64,000 nt of DNA from Oculina patagonica (lineage: Eukaryota). Location: positions 10,850,001 through 10,914,000 of the forward strand of contig NC_135771.1 in NCBI RefSeq assembly GCF_052425735.1, given 5' to 3'. The notes under the pieces were generated by a model. That model was not told the DNA's origin and searched no databases. It saw only the letters and a program-made list of their open reading frames with translations. The position numbers and the translations under genes were made by a program. Shown piece by piece: positions 1 through 12,254 of the stretch; the first letter of the stretch is position 1, and each line of letters begins with the position of its first letter.

Positions 1-779
1 GAGGGGGTGGGGGGGGGGGGGGGGAGAAGAAACTTCTTTTGTTACACGACTATAAAATTGGTCATAGCGGTGCCGGAAAACCGAGACTGCGCAGTAGCTA
101 TCGAATAGTTGCTAAGGGCATAGTGGATAACTTGACAAAGTTCACTGTTTAGTTCAAAACAAAACTCTGGGTGATGTCTTTCTTAGCAATGGCTTGATTG
201 ACACAGACTTGCACCGTTGCCCGGCACTGCTATGTCTTTAAAGAAAAGTGTCGACTTTCTCTACACCACCCCCCTCCTGTAATAATACAAGGGTCTGGAT
301 ATGGTTTAAATCTTTCAAAAGTTTAAATGTTAGCTGACAGGTGACGCGTTTTTTAAATTACTTTATGCTCATGAAGAACAGAGCGTTTAATAATAATAAC
401 ATGAACCGTGCTGCCATGAAGGAAGGGGGGGGAAACCAACATCCCGTACATTCTTTTAAATAAAATCTGAAGGATGCAATCATTTAGGTGGTGGTCAGCG
501 GATACCTCTAAGGCGCATGAACAGATCCTCGCATGAATGCATGTGCCAAAACAATTTCAAAAACAGCAAAAACAACATAGTGGTCAATTATAGAGTTAGT
601 TACATTATTACATTACAATAAGGATAAAATTTAAAACGACATTAAAACTAATTGAAAAAAAACCTTAATTAAAACTTAAAAGTTCATTTAATTTAAAAAT
701 TTACAAGTTTTCATTTAAAAATTTACAACTACAGGTTTTCATTAAAAACTTTACAACCAGTACGACGTGTACTAGTAGA

Positions 780-1058
780 TCCCATGATAGCAACTGGGGA
801 TGTAGTCAGGGTGATGAGATTGGAATCGTCCTAACAGACCATCAAAACAGCATATTGGCTCCACTTTCAGTCAACAGTGACGGATGGTACCTTCTGCCAG
901 GTTACACCTTCAACTCACCGGTCCTCGAGTTCTGTCAATCTCTCTCTTTCTCCGCTAGCGACGAGCTGCGTCTGTGGTATGGAGAGGATTTAATGGACAC
1001 TGGCGAGTACGACAACTATGGTACATCGTGCGCAGACCTGTATGATCTTACGGCTTAA
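780..1058 (+). pseudogene. 3' half of a divergent family member (type IV); 5' half absent from the window
   Basis: Reads in frame as SHDSNWGCSQGDEIGIVLTDHQNSILAPLSVNSDGWYLLPGY...LRLWYGEDLMDTGEYDNYGTSCADLYDLTA*. Sequence upstream of ~770 is unrelated and A-rich. Confidence 0.8.
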
Positions 1059-1872
1059 ATCAGCAGCCAACACTAAGCTGACCCGATGCAGCCGCAAACC
1101 TCGCACAGTACAATAAAATAGTAATTTTCAGTAGATGGGACAGTTTTGTAGTTACTTGATTGAAGGCATTAATAAAGGTACTCGAGGTGAAAAAGTTGTG
1201 TTTGTTCAGCGTCGTCTCCGAATACATTTTTTCCATTCACAAAAACTTAAGCTTGCTTCTCTATTTAAGCACTCGCATGCAGCAAAAACTCTGCAATCTG
1301 TCGTTTGGATGCGTTTCAAGGCGAACGTACAAAGTAAAGCCATTTTGAAAGAAATTGAACAGCACCTGATGCATAGAAGTACAATTCTTTGTAAATATTC
1401 CTAAAATATTGAAATTAAACTATCGATCAAATTTTGCCAGAGATGATGTAAAAATATGCAAGAATTTCTCTCAAGCGTTCGTGACAAAAATTACTCTAAC
1501 ATGCATTGATCATAGAGTTTCAATTTAAATTCCATTGGTTAGGTAAAAAAAAACATTTATTTTCCAGCTGAAAGAAAGAGGGAAAAGAATCAACAAAAAT
1601 TACTAAGAAATAAACAAAAAAAGAAAATAGAACTGTGAAAAAGTTGTAAAAATGTGTCCTAATTTTGGGCTGTGTATATGCTTGAGAATGATAGTTAACT
1701 CGCAACTGCCAGATAATCCGCATTTTTAGCAATTCAGTTTATCTTTAAATGTCTTTTGTCAGGAGTCATGGGCTCCTGCATTTTCCCAGTCAAAATTTGC
1801 TCAAATCCCAGTTCCCATTTACCCCCTTCAGGCCCCTCTTCCCTTTTCTAAACTTTTTATTTCAGTTGGACC

Positions 1873-2036
1873 CAGCCTAGTCCCTAGGCGTTCTCTCTTT
1901 TGTCCTGTAATCCGCGCGAAGTCTGGGACTGGGACGCTCAAGAGAACGCTGTTCTCGACGAGTCTTTCTCGGTGACGTCATGGCTCACAATAGGGTCCAG
2001 GGTTGACCGAGCCGAGAACGCCAAGGGACTAGGCTG
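1873..2036. mobile_element. MITE-like element with 23-bp terminal inverted repeats
   Basis: CAGCCTAGTCCCTAGGCGTTCTC ... GAGAACGCCAAGGGACTAGGCTG (1 mismatch). Paralogous copies at 21541-21704 and 35015-35178. Confidence 0.8.
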
Positions 2037-2489
2037 AGTTAATTAGACCCGGGTATCCAAACCTCTTTCACGGTTATGATTTTCCTTGTTTTAACTTGAT
2101 GAATTATTAATAAGTTTCAGAAGATTGTTTCTACAACTCCAAAGAAACACGGAGAAAATGTTCTCTAAATCTTTCAGAAAACACTGTGAGAATAAAAAGA
2201 AATCAATCGTTTATTTCGATTATCAAAATGTAAATTCTGTTTGTTCGCGCCATCATTACGTCAACATGTACACGTCGTGTTTGTCATGTCTTTCAGTCGA
2301 GTTTCAGAAGCACGGCTTTTAGTACAGAAAAACCCTTCAGTTCAGACGCATTTTTTCTACCAAGTGAATAGCCATCTCTGTTGTTTCCTATCAATCGATT
2401 TGAGGCGAAATAAAAAAAAAACTTATTCACAATAAATTAGGAGAAGGTTTTGCTTGCTGGGTATTGTTCAATTTAACGACAAACATAAC

Positions 2490-2792
2490 AAATAAATAAA
2501 ATAATAATAAATATGTGTTTATAGTGGTCATGCACTTAGCTTCATATCTCAACGAGATAGCTAGTTTACAGGCATGCCACTGAAACAGAGGAAACAAAGA
2601 ATTTATAAATGAACATAACAGGGTTAAAAATCCCAACTGGCAGGAGGCAGACCAGTTGGCTATATACAAAGCGTGGTCGAGGATTTGAAGTCAGGACAAC
2701 CGAGAAACAAATCCAGCTAGTGGCAGGCCTCGAACCGGTGACCTCCGGATTACAACACCAGCGCCCTAAACCACTCGGCCACGCTTGCCTCC
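2490..2792 (-). mobile_element. tRNA-derived SINE
   Basis: The minus strand has an A box (TGGCCGAGTGG), a B box (GGTTCGAGGCC) and a T-rich tail. It is absent at the paralogous empty sites ~22163 and ~35623 (..AAC|TATTCAAG). Confidence 0.85.
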
Positions 2793-3418
2793 TATTCAAG
2801 CAGACTGCCTGCTAAGGACTTCTTATGTAAACTTGCAAGATTGTGATGTCAATTGTGTGTGTAGAACATCACGTCATTCTAACTTAATAGCTTTTAAACA
2901 AGGTCCTTTTTATCGACTTCCGCTAGTTTTATCGTCCTAACTTACGAACTGTGTTTACATGTTAGAAGCCCCCTGTATGGGTATTTCTGAAAAAAGACGC
3001 GACGATTACCGCGAAAAAAGATCGAAGCGAGGATTTTTAAAGCTTCGAGCCTGTGGGATCGTATAAGAGTAAACTTGAAAAGCAAAAAAATGTCATAGGT
3101 AAAAGTTAAACACTGAACAAACAGAACAACGCTGGCCACAATAATTTTCCTTGTTATTGATTCCGAAACTGTTTGCTTGTTATGAATTTCAGTTATTTAT
3201 GTATTTTGTTGCTGAGGTGAGATATTTATTCGGCTGTGAATTACACTGACTACACTGTCACGCAGTTTCAATCATAAAACGAAGATCTGCTTAAAAAATA
3301 GAAGATTTGCAAAAACAAATGCGACGAAAACAAAGTTTACGTGTACCCATAGAGAGCCACATGTATTGTTAAACGTGAACGTCTTTGGGCGACAGATACT
3401 TAGAAGTGCCAACTTGTC

Positions 3419-3905
3419 GAAACTTGAAACTGGCTTTTAGCAGCTGTTTTTCAACTCATAGAAGTCGTTGAACAGTTAGCTAACTTTTGCTTTGACTGAA
3501 ATGTCGTCATCCGATCCACTTTACAGTCTGACTGTGAAAAGACCACGCGGGGGATCAATATTTGTCGAATCACAATAGCTGGCTAATAGAAAACCCGACC
3601 CGACGGTCACGTTTTGTACTCTTTAAACTCAAATGTCAACAAATCCATTGCGATCTTTTTTCAAAACTTGCACGGCATTAAGCAGCTGTTTTCCAACTCA
3701 CAGAAGACGTTGAACAGTTAGCTAACTTCTGCTTTGAAGGAAATGTCGATAGTAACCGTATCCACTTTACAGTCTGACTGTGAAAAGACGACGCAGCCTG
3801 AGGGATCAATATTTGTCTTGAATCACAATAGCTGGCTAATAAAATCCCACCCGATGAACACGTTCTGTACTCTTAAACTCAAATGCTAACAAAGGCATTC
3901 TGATC
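3419..3905 (+). repeat. Tandem ~245-bp sub-repeat upstream of the promoter
   Basis: Two copies, 3419-3662 and 3663-3905 (AAACTTG..GCAGCTGTTTT..CACAATAGCTGGCTAATA..CTCAAATG). Some other units carry only one copy. Confidence 0.9.
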
Positions 3906-4290
3906 TTTAACAAACACCTTCCTACGTAACAAATAACAAATCTGTTTCGTCATCCCTTTTCGCAGCCTCTGTCGTCTTCGTTTTTAAAATTGGCATAAAA
4001 TTGAGCGTTATTTTGGTATTCAGCATTAGCCCTATACGAGTTCTAAAACAGAAGACTCATTTTTAGTATTACACTCTCTCTGACTGTTTTTACTTTTGTT
4101 GAAGTTCACGGCACAACAAGTGAAAGTTTGCCCTATTTTAACTCGGCGAAAATTCACATTAATGTTAATGTTTAGAAGCCACGTCACCCAAGATGAATGC
4201 AACGGGATATGCTCCGTCTGCAGGTTCTTCTGACATTTTTCCAACTTGATAGATCTCAATTTGATATCTTAACGTTTCGAATTACAACCT

Positions 4291-4395
4291 TAGAAAAGCA
4301 CAGAAAGCCACTGATCACATTCAGTTCTTCACAGAGAGCTAACCAGTAACGAAGTCTTAGACTTGAAGATCAAGAGACAAGAAACCCACATTACG
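4291..4395 (+). promoter_or_regulatory. Putative core promoter and non-coding exon 1 of the first type I gene
   Basis: Initiator-like TCAGTT at 4321-4326 and a weak TATA-like TAGAAAA ~30 nt upstream. Donor CG|GTGAGT at 4396 is conserved upstream of all nine intact genes (other donors at 7650, 11602, 16576, 19575, 36984, 40390, 43555, 46805). Confidence 0.6.
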
Positions 4396-5036
4396 GTGAG
4401 TCATTCTTATAGCTAGTTTTAGCAAGTTTGCCTTTTTAACAGCAGAGTAATAAAGTTGCTCGTGTTTTTCGTGGATAATGAGAAGCGAATACATGAGCCG
4501 GGAAAATACTGAAAGCCGTCCGTTTTTTCTGGCAAAAATCCGTACTGATTTTCAATTTTTTTTTTGGCAATTTTATTCCTTCAAGACGGTCCATATTAGT
4601 AAACGGAATTGAAATCCTAATAGAAGATCGTAAATTACCCAGGCTTCATAAATCATAAATCATTACTGTAGTCAAGATGCGCAATTTCGTGTACTCCTTT
4701 GTGTGCAATCTCTGACTCCTCGTTTTGTGATACAATTCGTTTTGTGAACTCGTTTCATCTTGATGACACAGCCTGTGTATTTAACAACCGCTTGTTGGAC
4801 TAAGAAAAGGCTAGGACAGGCAACGGTCTAAAACTTTGACGCCTTCTGTAAGCTAGATACAAAATGCGAGAAAAAAGAAAGAAATATTCGTATAAACAAG
4901 CCCTTCTACTAATGTTCGACTATTCAATTGCTAAACATAAGCAGGACAAAGTTCGTCGCGATTTCTGAGGCGCAATAGCGAAGAGGAGCCCCATAACATC
5001 ATGTCTTATAATCTTCTCATTTTTCTTCTGTCTCAG
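4396..5036 (+). other. Putative 5'UTR intron
   Basis: GTGAGT donor; polypyrimidine tract plus CAG acceptor (TCTCATTTTTCTTCTGTCTCAG) ending 17 nt before the ATG. The acceptor is conserved in all full-length copies. Confidence 0.7.
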
Positions 5037-5053
5037 ATCAAAACGAAGTGATC

Positions 5054-5557
5054 ATGTTGTTCAAATTCCTTTTGATGTCCTTGATGGCCACCGTGCTGAT
5101 GTCCGACGAAGCTTCAGCAAATACCTGTCCTAATCAATGGGTGAAACTCAACGAGTATCCAGTTTGCTTCGGAACCCGAGATAGCCAGTTCGGTAAGTTT
5201 ACCGTCAAGACAAACATCGCCGTGAGCTCCCTGATGCTCGTGCACCGCTTAGGTGCGGTAAATTGTCAACATACCACTAAAGCCCGTGACAGCAACTGGG
5301 GATGTAATCGTACTAGCATTGGTGTCGTCCTAACAGACCATCAAAACAGCATACTGGCTCCACCTTCAATCGACAATGAAGGATGGTACCTTCTGCCAGG
5401 TTACACCTCCAACTCGCCAGTCCTCGAGTTCTGTCAATCGTTCTCTTTCTCCGCTAGCGACGAGCTGCGTCTGTGGTATGGAGAGGATTTACGTGGATCC
5501 ACCGAGAGCAACAACGCTGGTACATCGTGCGCAGACGTGTATGGTCTTGTGGCTTAA
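5054..5557 (+). CDS. Secreted Cys-rich protein, type I (167 aa, NQW variant)
   Basis: ATG at 5054 (the ORF track starts at an upstream GTG). Hydrophobic signal peptide MLFKFLLMSLMATVLMSDEASA, 6 Cys, NRT sequon, WYGEDL motif, downstream AATAAA. Confidence 0.93.
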   Translation: MLFKFLLMSLMATVLMSDEASANTCPNQWVKLNEYPVCFGTRDSQFGKFTVKTNIAVSSLMLVHRLGAVNCQHTTKARDSNWGCNRTSIGVVLTDHQNSILAPPSIDNEGWYLLPGYTSNSPVLEFCQSFSFSASDELRLWYGEDLRGSTESNNAGTSCADVYGLVA

Positions 5558-8213
5558 ACCAGCAGCCAACACTACGCTGACCCGATGCAGCGGCAAACCT
5601 CGAACAGTAAAATAAAACGGTGATTTTCAGTAGAGGGGACAGTTCTGTAGTTACTTGTTTGAAGGCATTAATAAAGGTACTCGAGGTGAAAAAAAGTTGT
5701 GTTAGTTCAGTGTCGTCTCCGAATACATTTTTCCCTTCACACAAACTTAAGCTTGCTTCTCTATTTAAGCACTCGCATGCAGCAAAACTCTGCAATCTGT
5801 CGTTTGGATGCGTTTGGAGGCGAACGTACAAAGTAAAGCCATTTTGAAAGCAATTCAACAGCACCTGATGCATAGAAGTACAATTCTTTCTAAATATTCC
5901 CAAAATATTGAAATTAAACTATCGATCAAACTTTGCCAGAGATGACGTCGAAATATGCAGGAATTTCTCTCAAGCGTTCGTGACAAAAATTACTCTAACA
6001 TGCATTGATCATAGAGTTTCAATTTAAATTCCATTGGTTAAGTATAAAAAAAACACATTTATTTTCCAGCTGAAAGAAAGAGGGTAAAGAATCAACAAAA
6101 ATTAAGAAATAAACAAAGAAAGAAAATGGAAGGTGTGTAAAAGTCGTAAAAATGTGTCCTAATTTTGGACTGTGTATATGCTTGAGAATGATAGTTAACT
6201 CGCAACTGCCAGATAGTCTGCATTTTTAGCAATTCAGTTTCTATATAAATGTCTTTTGTCAGGAGTCATGGCCTCCTGCATTTTCCCAGTCAAAATCTGC
6301 CCAAATCCCAGTTCCCGTTTACTCTTTCAGGCCCCTCTGCCCTATTCTAAACTTTTTACTTGAGGTACCCCTTAAAATTCTTGGTTTTCACGTGACGTAA
6401 TCAAAATTACAAAATCGCAAGAACCCTGAGTTTTTATCCTTCACTGGATATTAGACATTTTTTTTGATGATATATATTTTGTTGAACATTACACTGACTA
6501 CACTGTAAAGCAGTTTAAATCATAAAACGAAGATATGCTTAAAACAATAAAAGATTTGCAAAAAAAAGCGACGAAAACAAAGTTTACGTGTACCCATAGA
6601 GAGCCACATGTATTGTTAAGCGTGCACGTCTTTGGGCGACAGATACTTAGAAGTGCCAACTTCTCGAAACTTGAAACTGGCTTTAAGCAGCTGTTTTCCA
6701 ACTCATGGAAGCCGTTGAAAAGTTAGCTAATTTCTGCTTTGACTAAAATGTCGTCATCCGATCCACTTTACAGTCTGACTGTGAAAAGACCACGCGGGGG
6801 ATCAATATTTGTCTTGAATCACAATAGCTGGCTAATAGAAAACCCGACCCGACGGTCACGTTTTGTACTCTTTAAACTCAAATGTCACTGAACAAATCCA
6901 TTGTGATTTTTTTCTCAAAACTTGCACGGCATTAAGCAGCTGTTTTCCAACTCATAGAAGCCGTTGAACAGTTAGCTAACTTCTGCTTTGACTGAAATGT
7001 CGTCATCCGATCCACTTTACAGTCTGACTGTGAAAAGACGACGCAGCCTGAGGGATCAATATTTGTCTTGAATCACAATAGCTGGCTAATAAAACCCCAC
7101 CCGATGGACACGTTTTGTACTCTTTAAATTCAAATGCTAACAAAGGCATTTTGATCTTTAACAAATACCTTCCTACGTAACAAAAAACAAATCTGTTTCG
7201 TCATCCCTTTTCGTAGCCTCTGTCGTCTTTTGTTTTAAATTGGCATAAAGTTGAGCGTTATTTTGGTATTCAGCATTAGCCCTATACGAGTTCTAAAACG
7301 GAAGACTCATTTTTAGTATTACACTCTCTCTGACTGTTTTTACTTTTGTTGAAGTTCACGGCACAACGTACAAGTGGAAGTTTGCTCTGTTTTAGCTAGG
7401 CGAAAATTTACATTAACGTTAATGTTTAGAAGCCACGTCACCCAAGATGAATGCAACGTGGCATGCTCTGTCTGCAGGTTCTTCTGACATTTTTCCAACT
7501 TGATAGATGTCAATTTGATATCTTAGCGTTTCTAATTACAACCTTAGTAAAGCACAAAAAGCCACCGATCACATTCAGTTCTTCACAGAGAGCTAACCAG
7601 TAACGAAGTCTTAGACTTGAAGATCAAGAAACAAGAAACCCACATTACGGTGAGTCATTTTTGAAGCTACTTTGCATTTTTAACAGCAGAGTAATAAAGT
7701 AGCTCGCTTTTTCGTGAATAATGCGAAGCGAATACATGAGCCGGGAAAGTACTAAAATCCGTCCGTTTTTCTGGTAAAAATTTCTACTGAATTTCTATTT
7801 TTGTTTCGCAATTTTATTCCTTCAAGACGGTCCATATAAACGACATAGAAATCCTTATAGAGACTGTTATTGAAGATCGTAAATTCCTCAGGCTAGCTTT
7901 CAGGCTTCATAAATCATAAATCATTACTGTAGTCAAGATGCGCAATTTTGTGTACTCCTTTGCGTGCAGTCTCTTACTCCTCGTTTTTACAATTCGTTTT
8001 TTGTTTAACTTGTTTCATCTTGATATCACAGCCTGTGTATTTAACAACCGCTTGTTGGACTGAAAAAAGGAAAGGACAGGGAACGCCTTCTGTAAGCTAG
8101 ATACATAATGCGAGAAAAGATGAAATATTCGTATAAAAAAGGCCCTCTATTAATGTTCGAATATTCAATTGCCAAACATCAGCAGGACAAAGTTCGTCAC
8201 GATTTCTGGGCAC

Positions 8214-8323
8214 TATTCTGTCGAGGAACTATCGGCTGATAGTTGCCCCGCGGAAAACTGATGTTCTTAAAACAAATATTAGCCCGAGAAGCGAAGCTTC
8301 GAGGCCTATTATGCTAGTTTTAA

Positions 8324-8355
<32 letters not shown>

Positions 8356-8608
8356 CCGATAGTTCCAAGTCAGAAACACTCTATCGTTTTTATTGTTCAC
8401 CTGACTAAATTTTCTTCCGCGCGCCCATTCAAAAACGAGCATTTGAAATATTTTTTACTTTTCAGGATAAAAAACTCAATTGTAAACCGAAATTTAACAA
8501 TCGAAACAAAACCAGACAAGAAACCCACTAAATGCAGTGAATTTGGTTGGGTTTTTTGGTCTGCAGGCACGCTTTTTTACCAAACATTTCACGGGCGGGC
8601 ATATAACG

Positions 8609-8642
<34 letters not shown>

Positions 8643-8908
8643 TTTTATTAAAAACGCCCAAAGAATTGCAATATTTAAACTCTTCAGCTGTTTTCGTTGA
8701 CGCGTTTCGGTTACCATACTTGTGGTCAATGGTATATGAGTTCATATATTATTGCCTGTTAACCAATCAAAACGCAGGAATTGCAATATACCATTGCAAG
8801 TTTTTAATAAGGGCTGATAGCGCCCTTTGCAGATGAACATTATCGCGTCACGTGATCAATTAAAACCAATCAGAATCGGAAAAAATTTGGTGGTGTGCTA
8901 CAATACAT
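8214..8908. mobile_element. ~695-bp insertion in the intron of the type II gene (unclassified repeat)
   Basis: Interrupts ..GGCAC|AATAGCGGAGCTCCC, which is contiguous at ~33590. Absent from all other introns. Confidence 0.7.
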
Positions 8909-9009
8909 AATAGCGGAGCTCCCATTCAACGCGCGCGAGAGGAGCCCCATGACATCATGTCTTATAGTTCTGTAAATTTTCTTCCGTCTCAGATCAAAAC
9001 CAAGTGATC

Positions 9010-9525
9010 ATGTTGTTCAAGTTCCTTTTCATCTCCATGATGGCCACCGTGCTATTGTTCGAAGAAGCTTCGGCTGACTGGGTTTCTCAATGGGTGAAGC
9101 TTAACCAGGATCCAGTTTGCTTTGGAGCCAAAGATAACCGGTACGGTAGCTTTAGAGTCAGTACAAACATCGCCGTGAGCTCCTTGATGCTCGTGCACCG
9201 GTTAGGTGCTGCGATAAGGTGTGATGCTTCACCATCCCATGATAGCAGGTGGGGATGCGGTGATGACAGAATTAATGTCCACCTAACAGACCATAACAAC
9301 ATGCAACTGGTTCCAGCAACTTCAGTCCCGAAGGACGAGTACACATATTTTTACACTATGCAAGGTTACACCTCCAACTCACCGGTCCTCGTCTTCTGTC
9401 AATCTCTCTCTTTCTCCGCTAGCGACGAGCTGCGTCTGTGGTATGGAGAGGATTTAATTGACAATGGCGAGTACGACAACTATGGTACATCGTGCGCAGA
9501 CGTGTATGGTCTTAAAAAATACTAA
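9010..9525 (+). CDS. Secreted Cys-rich protein, divergent type II (171 aa)
   Basis: Intact ORF with signal peptide and the same framework motifs; 5 Cys, different loops, C-terminus KKY. Acceptor AG at 8991-8992. Confidence 0.93.
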   Translation: MLFKFLFISMMATVLLFEEASADWVSQWVKLNQDPVCFGAKDNRYGSFRVSTNIAVSSLMLVHRLGAAIRCDASPSHDSRWGCGDDRINVHLTDHNNMQLVPATSVPKDEYTYFYTMQGYTSNSPVLVFCQSLSFSASDELRLWYGEDLIDNGEYDNYGTSCADVYGLKKY

Positions 9526-12254
9526 GCTGATCCGATGCAGCCGCAAACCTCGAAAAGTAAAATAAAATGGTGATTTTCAGTAGAGGGGACAGTTTTGTAG
9601 TTACTTGATTGAAGGCATTAATAAAAGTACTCGAGGTGAAAAAAGTTGTGTTAGTTCAGTGTCGTCTCAGAGTACATTTTTCCCTTCACACAAACTTAAG
9701 CTTGCTTCTCTATTTAAGCACTCGCATGCAGCGAAAGCTCCGCAATCTGTCGTTTGGATGCGTTTGAAGGCGAACGTACAAAGTAAAGCCATTTTGAAAG
9801 CAATTGAACAGCTCCTGATGCATAGAAGTACAATTCTTTGGAAATATGCCTAAATATTGAAATTAAACTATCGATCAAATTTTGCCAGAGATGATGTAGA
9901 AATATGCAGGAATTTCTCTCAAGCGTTCGTGACGAACAATTACTCTAACACGCATTGATCATACAGTTTCAATTTAAATTCCATTGGTTAGGTATAAAAA
10001 AACACATTTATTTTCCAGCTGAAAGAAAGAGGGAAAAGAATCAACAAAAATTACTAAGAAATAAACAAAAAAAGAAAATAGAAGAAGTGAAAAAGTCGTA
10101 AAAATGTGTCCTAATTTTGGGCTGTGTATATGCTTGAGAATGACAGTTAACTCGCAACTGCCAGATAGTCCGCATTTTTAGCAATTCAGTTTCTATATAA
10201 ATGTCTTTTGTCAGGAGTCATGGCCTCCTGCATTTTCCCAGTCAAAATCTGCCCAAATCCCAGTTCCCGTTTACTCTTTCAGGCCCCTCTGCCCTATTCT
10301 AAACTTTTTACTTGAGGTACCCCTTAAAATTCTTGGATTTCACGTGACGTAATCAAAATTACAAAATCGCAAGAACTTTGAGTTTTTATCCTTCACTGGA
10401 TATTAGACATTTTTTTTGATGATATATATTTTGTTGAACATTACACTAACTACACTGTAACGCAGTTTCAATCATAAAACGAAGATATGCTTAAAAAAAT
10501 AAAAGATTTGCAAAAAAAACGCGACGAAAACAAAGTTTACGTGTACCCATAGAGAGCCACATGTATTGTTAAGCGTGCACGTCTTTGGGCGACAGATACT
10601 TAGAAGTGCCAACTTCTCGAAACTTGAAACTGGCTTTTAGCAGCTGTTTTCCAACTCATAGAAGCCGTTGAAAAGTTAGCTAATTTCTGCTTTGACTAAA
10701 ATGTCGTCATCCGATCCACTTTACAGTCTGACTGTGAAAAGACCACGCGGGGGATCAATATTTGTCTTGAATCACAATAGCTGGCTAATAGAAAACCCGA
10801 CCCGACGGTCACGTTTTGTACTCTTTAAACTCAAATGTCACTGAAAAAATCCATTGTGATTTTTTCTCAAAACTTGCACGGCATTAAGCAGCTGTTTTCC
10901 AACTCATAGAAGCCGTTGAACAGTTAGCTAACTTCTGCTTTGACGGAAATGTCGATCGTAACCGTATCCACTTTACAGTCTGACTGTGAAAAGACCACGC
11001 AGCCTGAGGGATCAATATTTGTCTTGAATCACAATAGCTGGCTAATAAAACCCCACCCGATGAACACGTTCTGTACTCTTAAACTCAAATGCTAACAAAG
11101 GCATTCTGATCTTTAACAAACACCTTCCTACGTAACAAAAAACAAATCTGTTCCGTCATCCCTTTTCGCAGCCTCTGTCGTCTTCTGTTTTAAAATTGGC
11201 ATAGAATTGAGCGTTATTTTGGTATTCAGCATTAGCCCTATACGAGTTCTAAAACGGAAGACTCATTGTTAGTATTACACTCTCTCTGACTGTTTTTACT
11301 TTTGTTGAAGTTCACGGCACAACAAGTGAAAGTTTGCCCTGTTTTAACTAGGCGAAAATTCACATTAACGTTAATGTTTAGAAGCCACGTCACCCAAGAT
11401 GAATGCAACGGGATATGCTCTGTCTGCAGGTTCTTCTGACATTTTTCCAACTTGATAGATGTCAATTTGATATCTTAGCGTTTCTAATTACAACCTTAGT
11501 AAAGCACAAAAAGCCACCGATCACATTCAGTTCTTCACAGAGAGCTAACCAGTAACGAAGTCTTAGACTTGAAGATCAAGAAACAAGAAACCCACATTAC
11601 GGTGAGTCATTTTTGAAGCTACTTTGCATTTTTAACAGCAGAGTAACAAAGTAGCTCGCTTTTTCGTGGATTATGCGAAGCGAATACACGAGCCGGGTAA
11701 GTAATGAAAGCCGTCCGTTTTTCTGGCAAAAATTCCTACTGATTTTCTATTTTTGTTTCGCAATTTAATTCCTTCAAGACGGTCCATATAAACGACATAG
11801 AAATCCTTATAGAGACTCTTATTGAAGATCGTAAATTCCACAGGCGTCAAACATCATAAATCATTACCGTAGTCAAGATGCGCAATTTCGTGTACTCCTT
11901 TGCGTGCGTCTCTTACTCCTCGTTCTGGGATACAATTCGTTTTTTTTAACTTGTTTCATCTTGATATCACAGCCTGTGTATTTAACAACCGCTTGTTGGA
12001 CTGAAAAAAGGAAAGGACAGGGAACGGTGTAAAACTTTGACGCCTTCTGTAAGCTAGATACATAATGCGAGAAAAAAGAAAGAAATATTCGTATAAACAA
12101 GCCCTTCTACTAATGTTCGACTATTCAATTGCTAAACATCAGAAGGACAAAGTTCGTCGCGATTTCTGAGGCGCAATAGCGAAGAGGAGCCCCATAACAT
12201 CATGTCTTATAATCTTCTCATTTTTCTTCTGTCTCAGATCAAAACGAAGTGATC

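Noticed and set aside
5048-5053. GTG start used by the ORF track (all copies)
   Set aside because: This is a eukaryotic gene; the in-frame ATG two codons later starts the signal peptide.
5376-5903. Recurrent overlapping and antisense ORFs (MKDGTF..., ...HTTDAARR) and 3'-flank ORFs
   Set aside because: They recur only because the DNA is duplicated; lengths and frames vary between copies.
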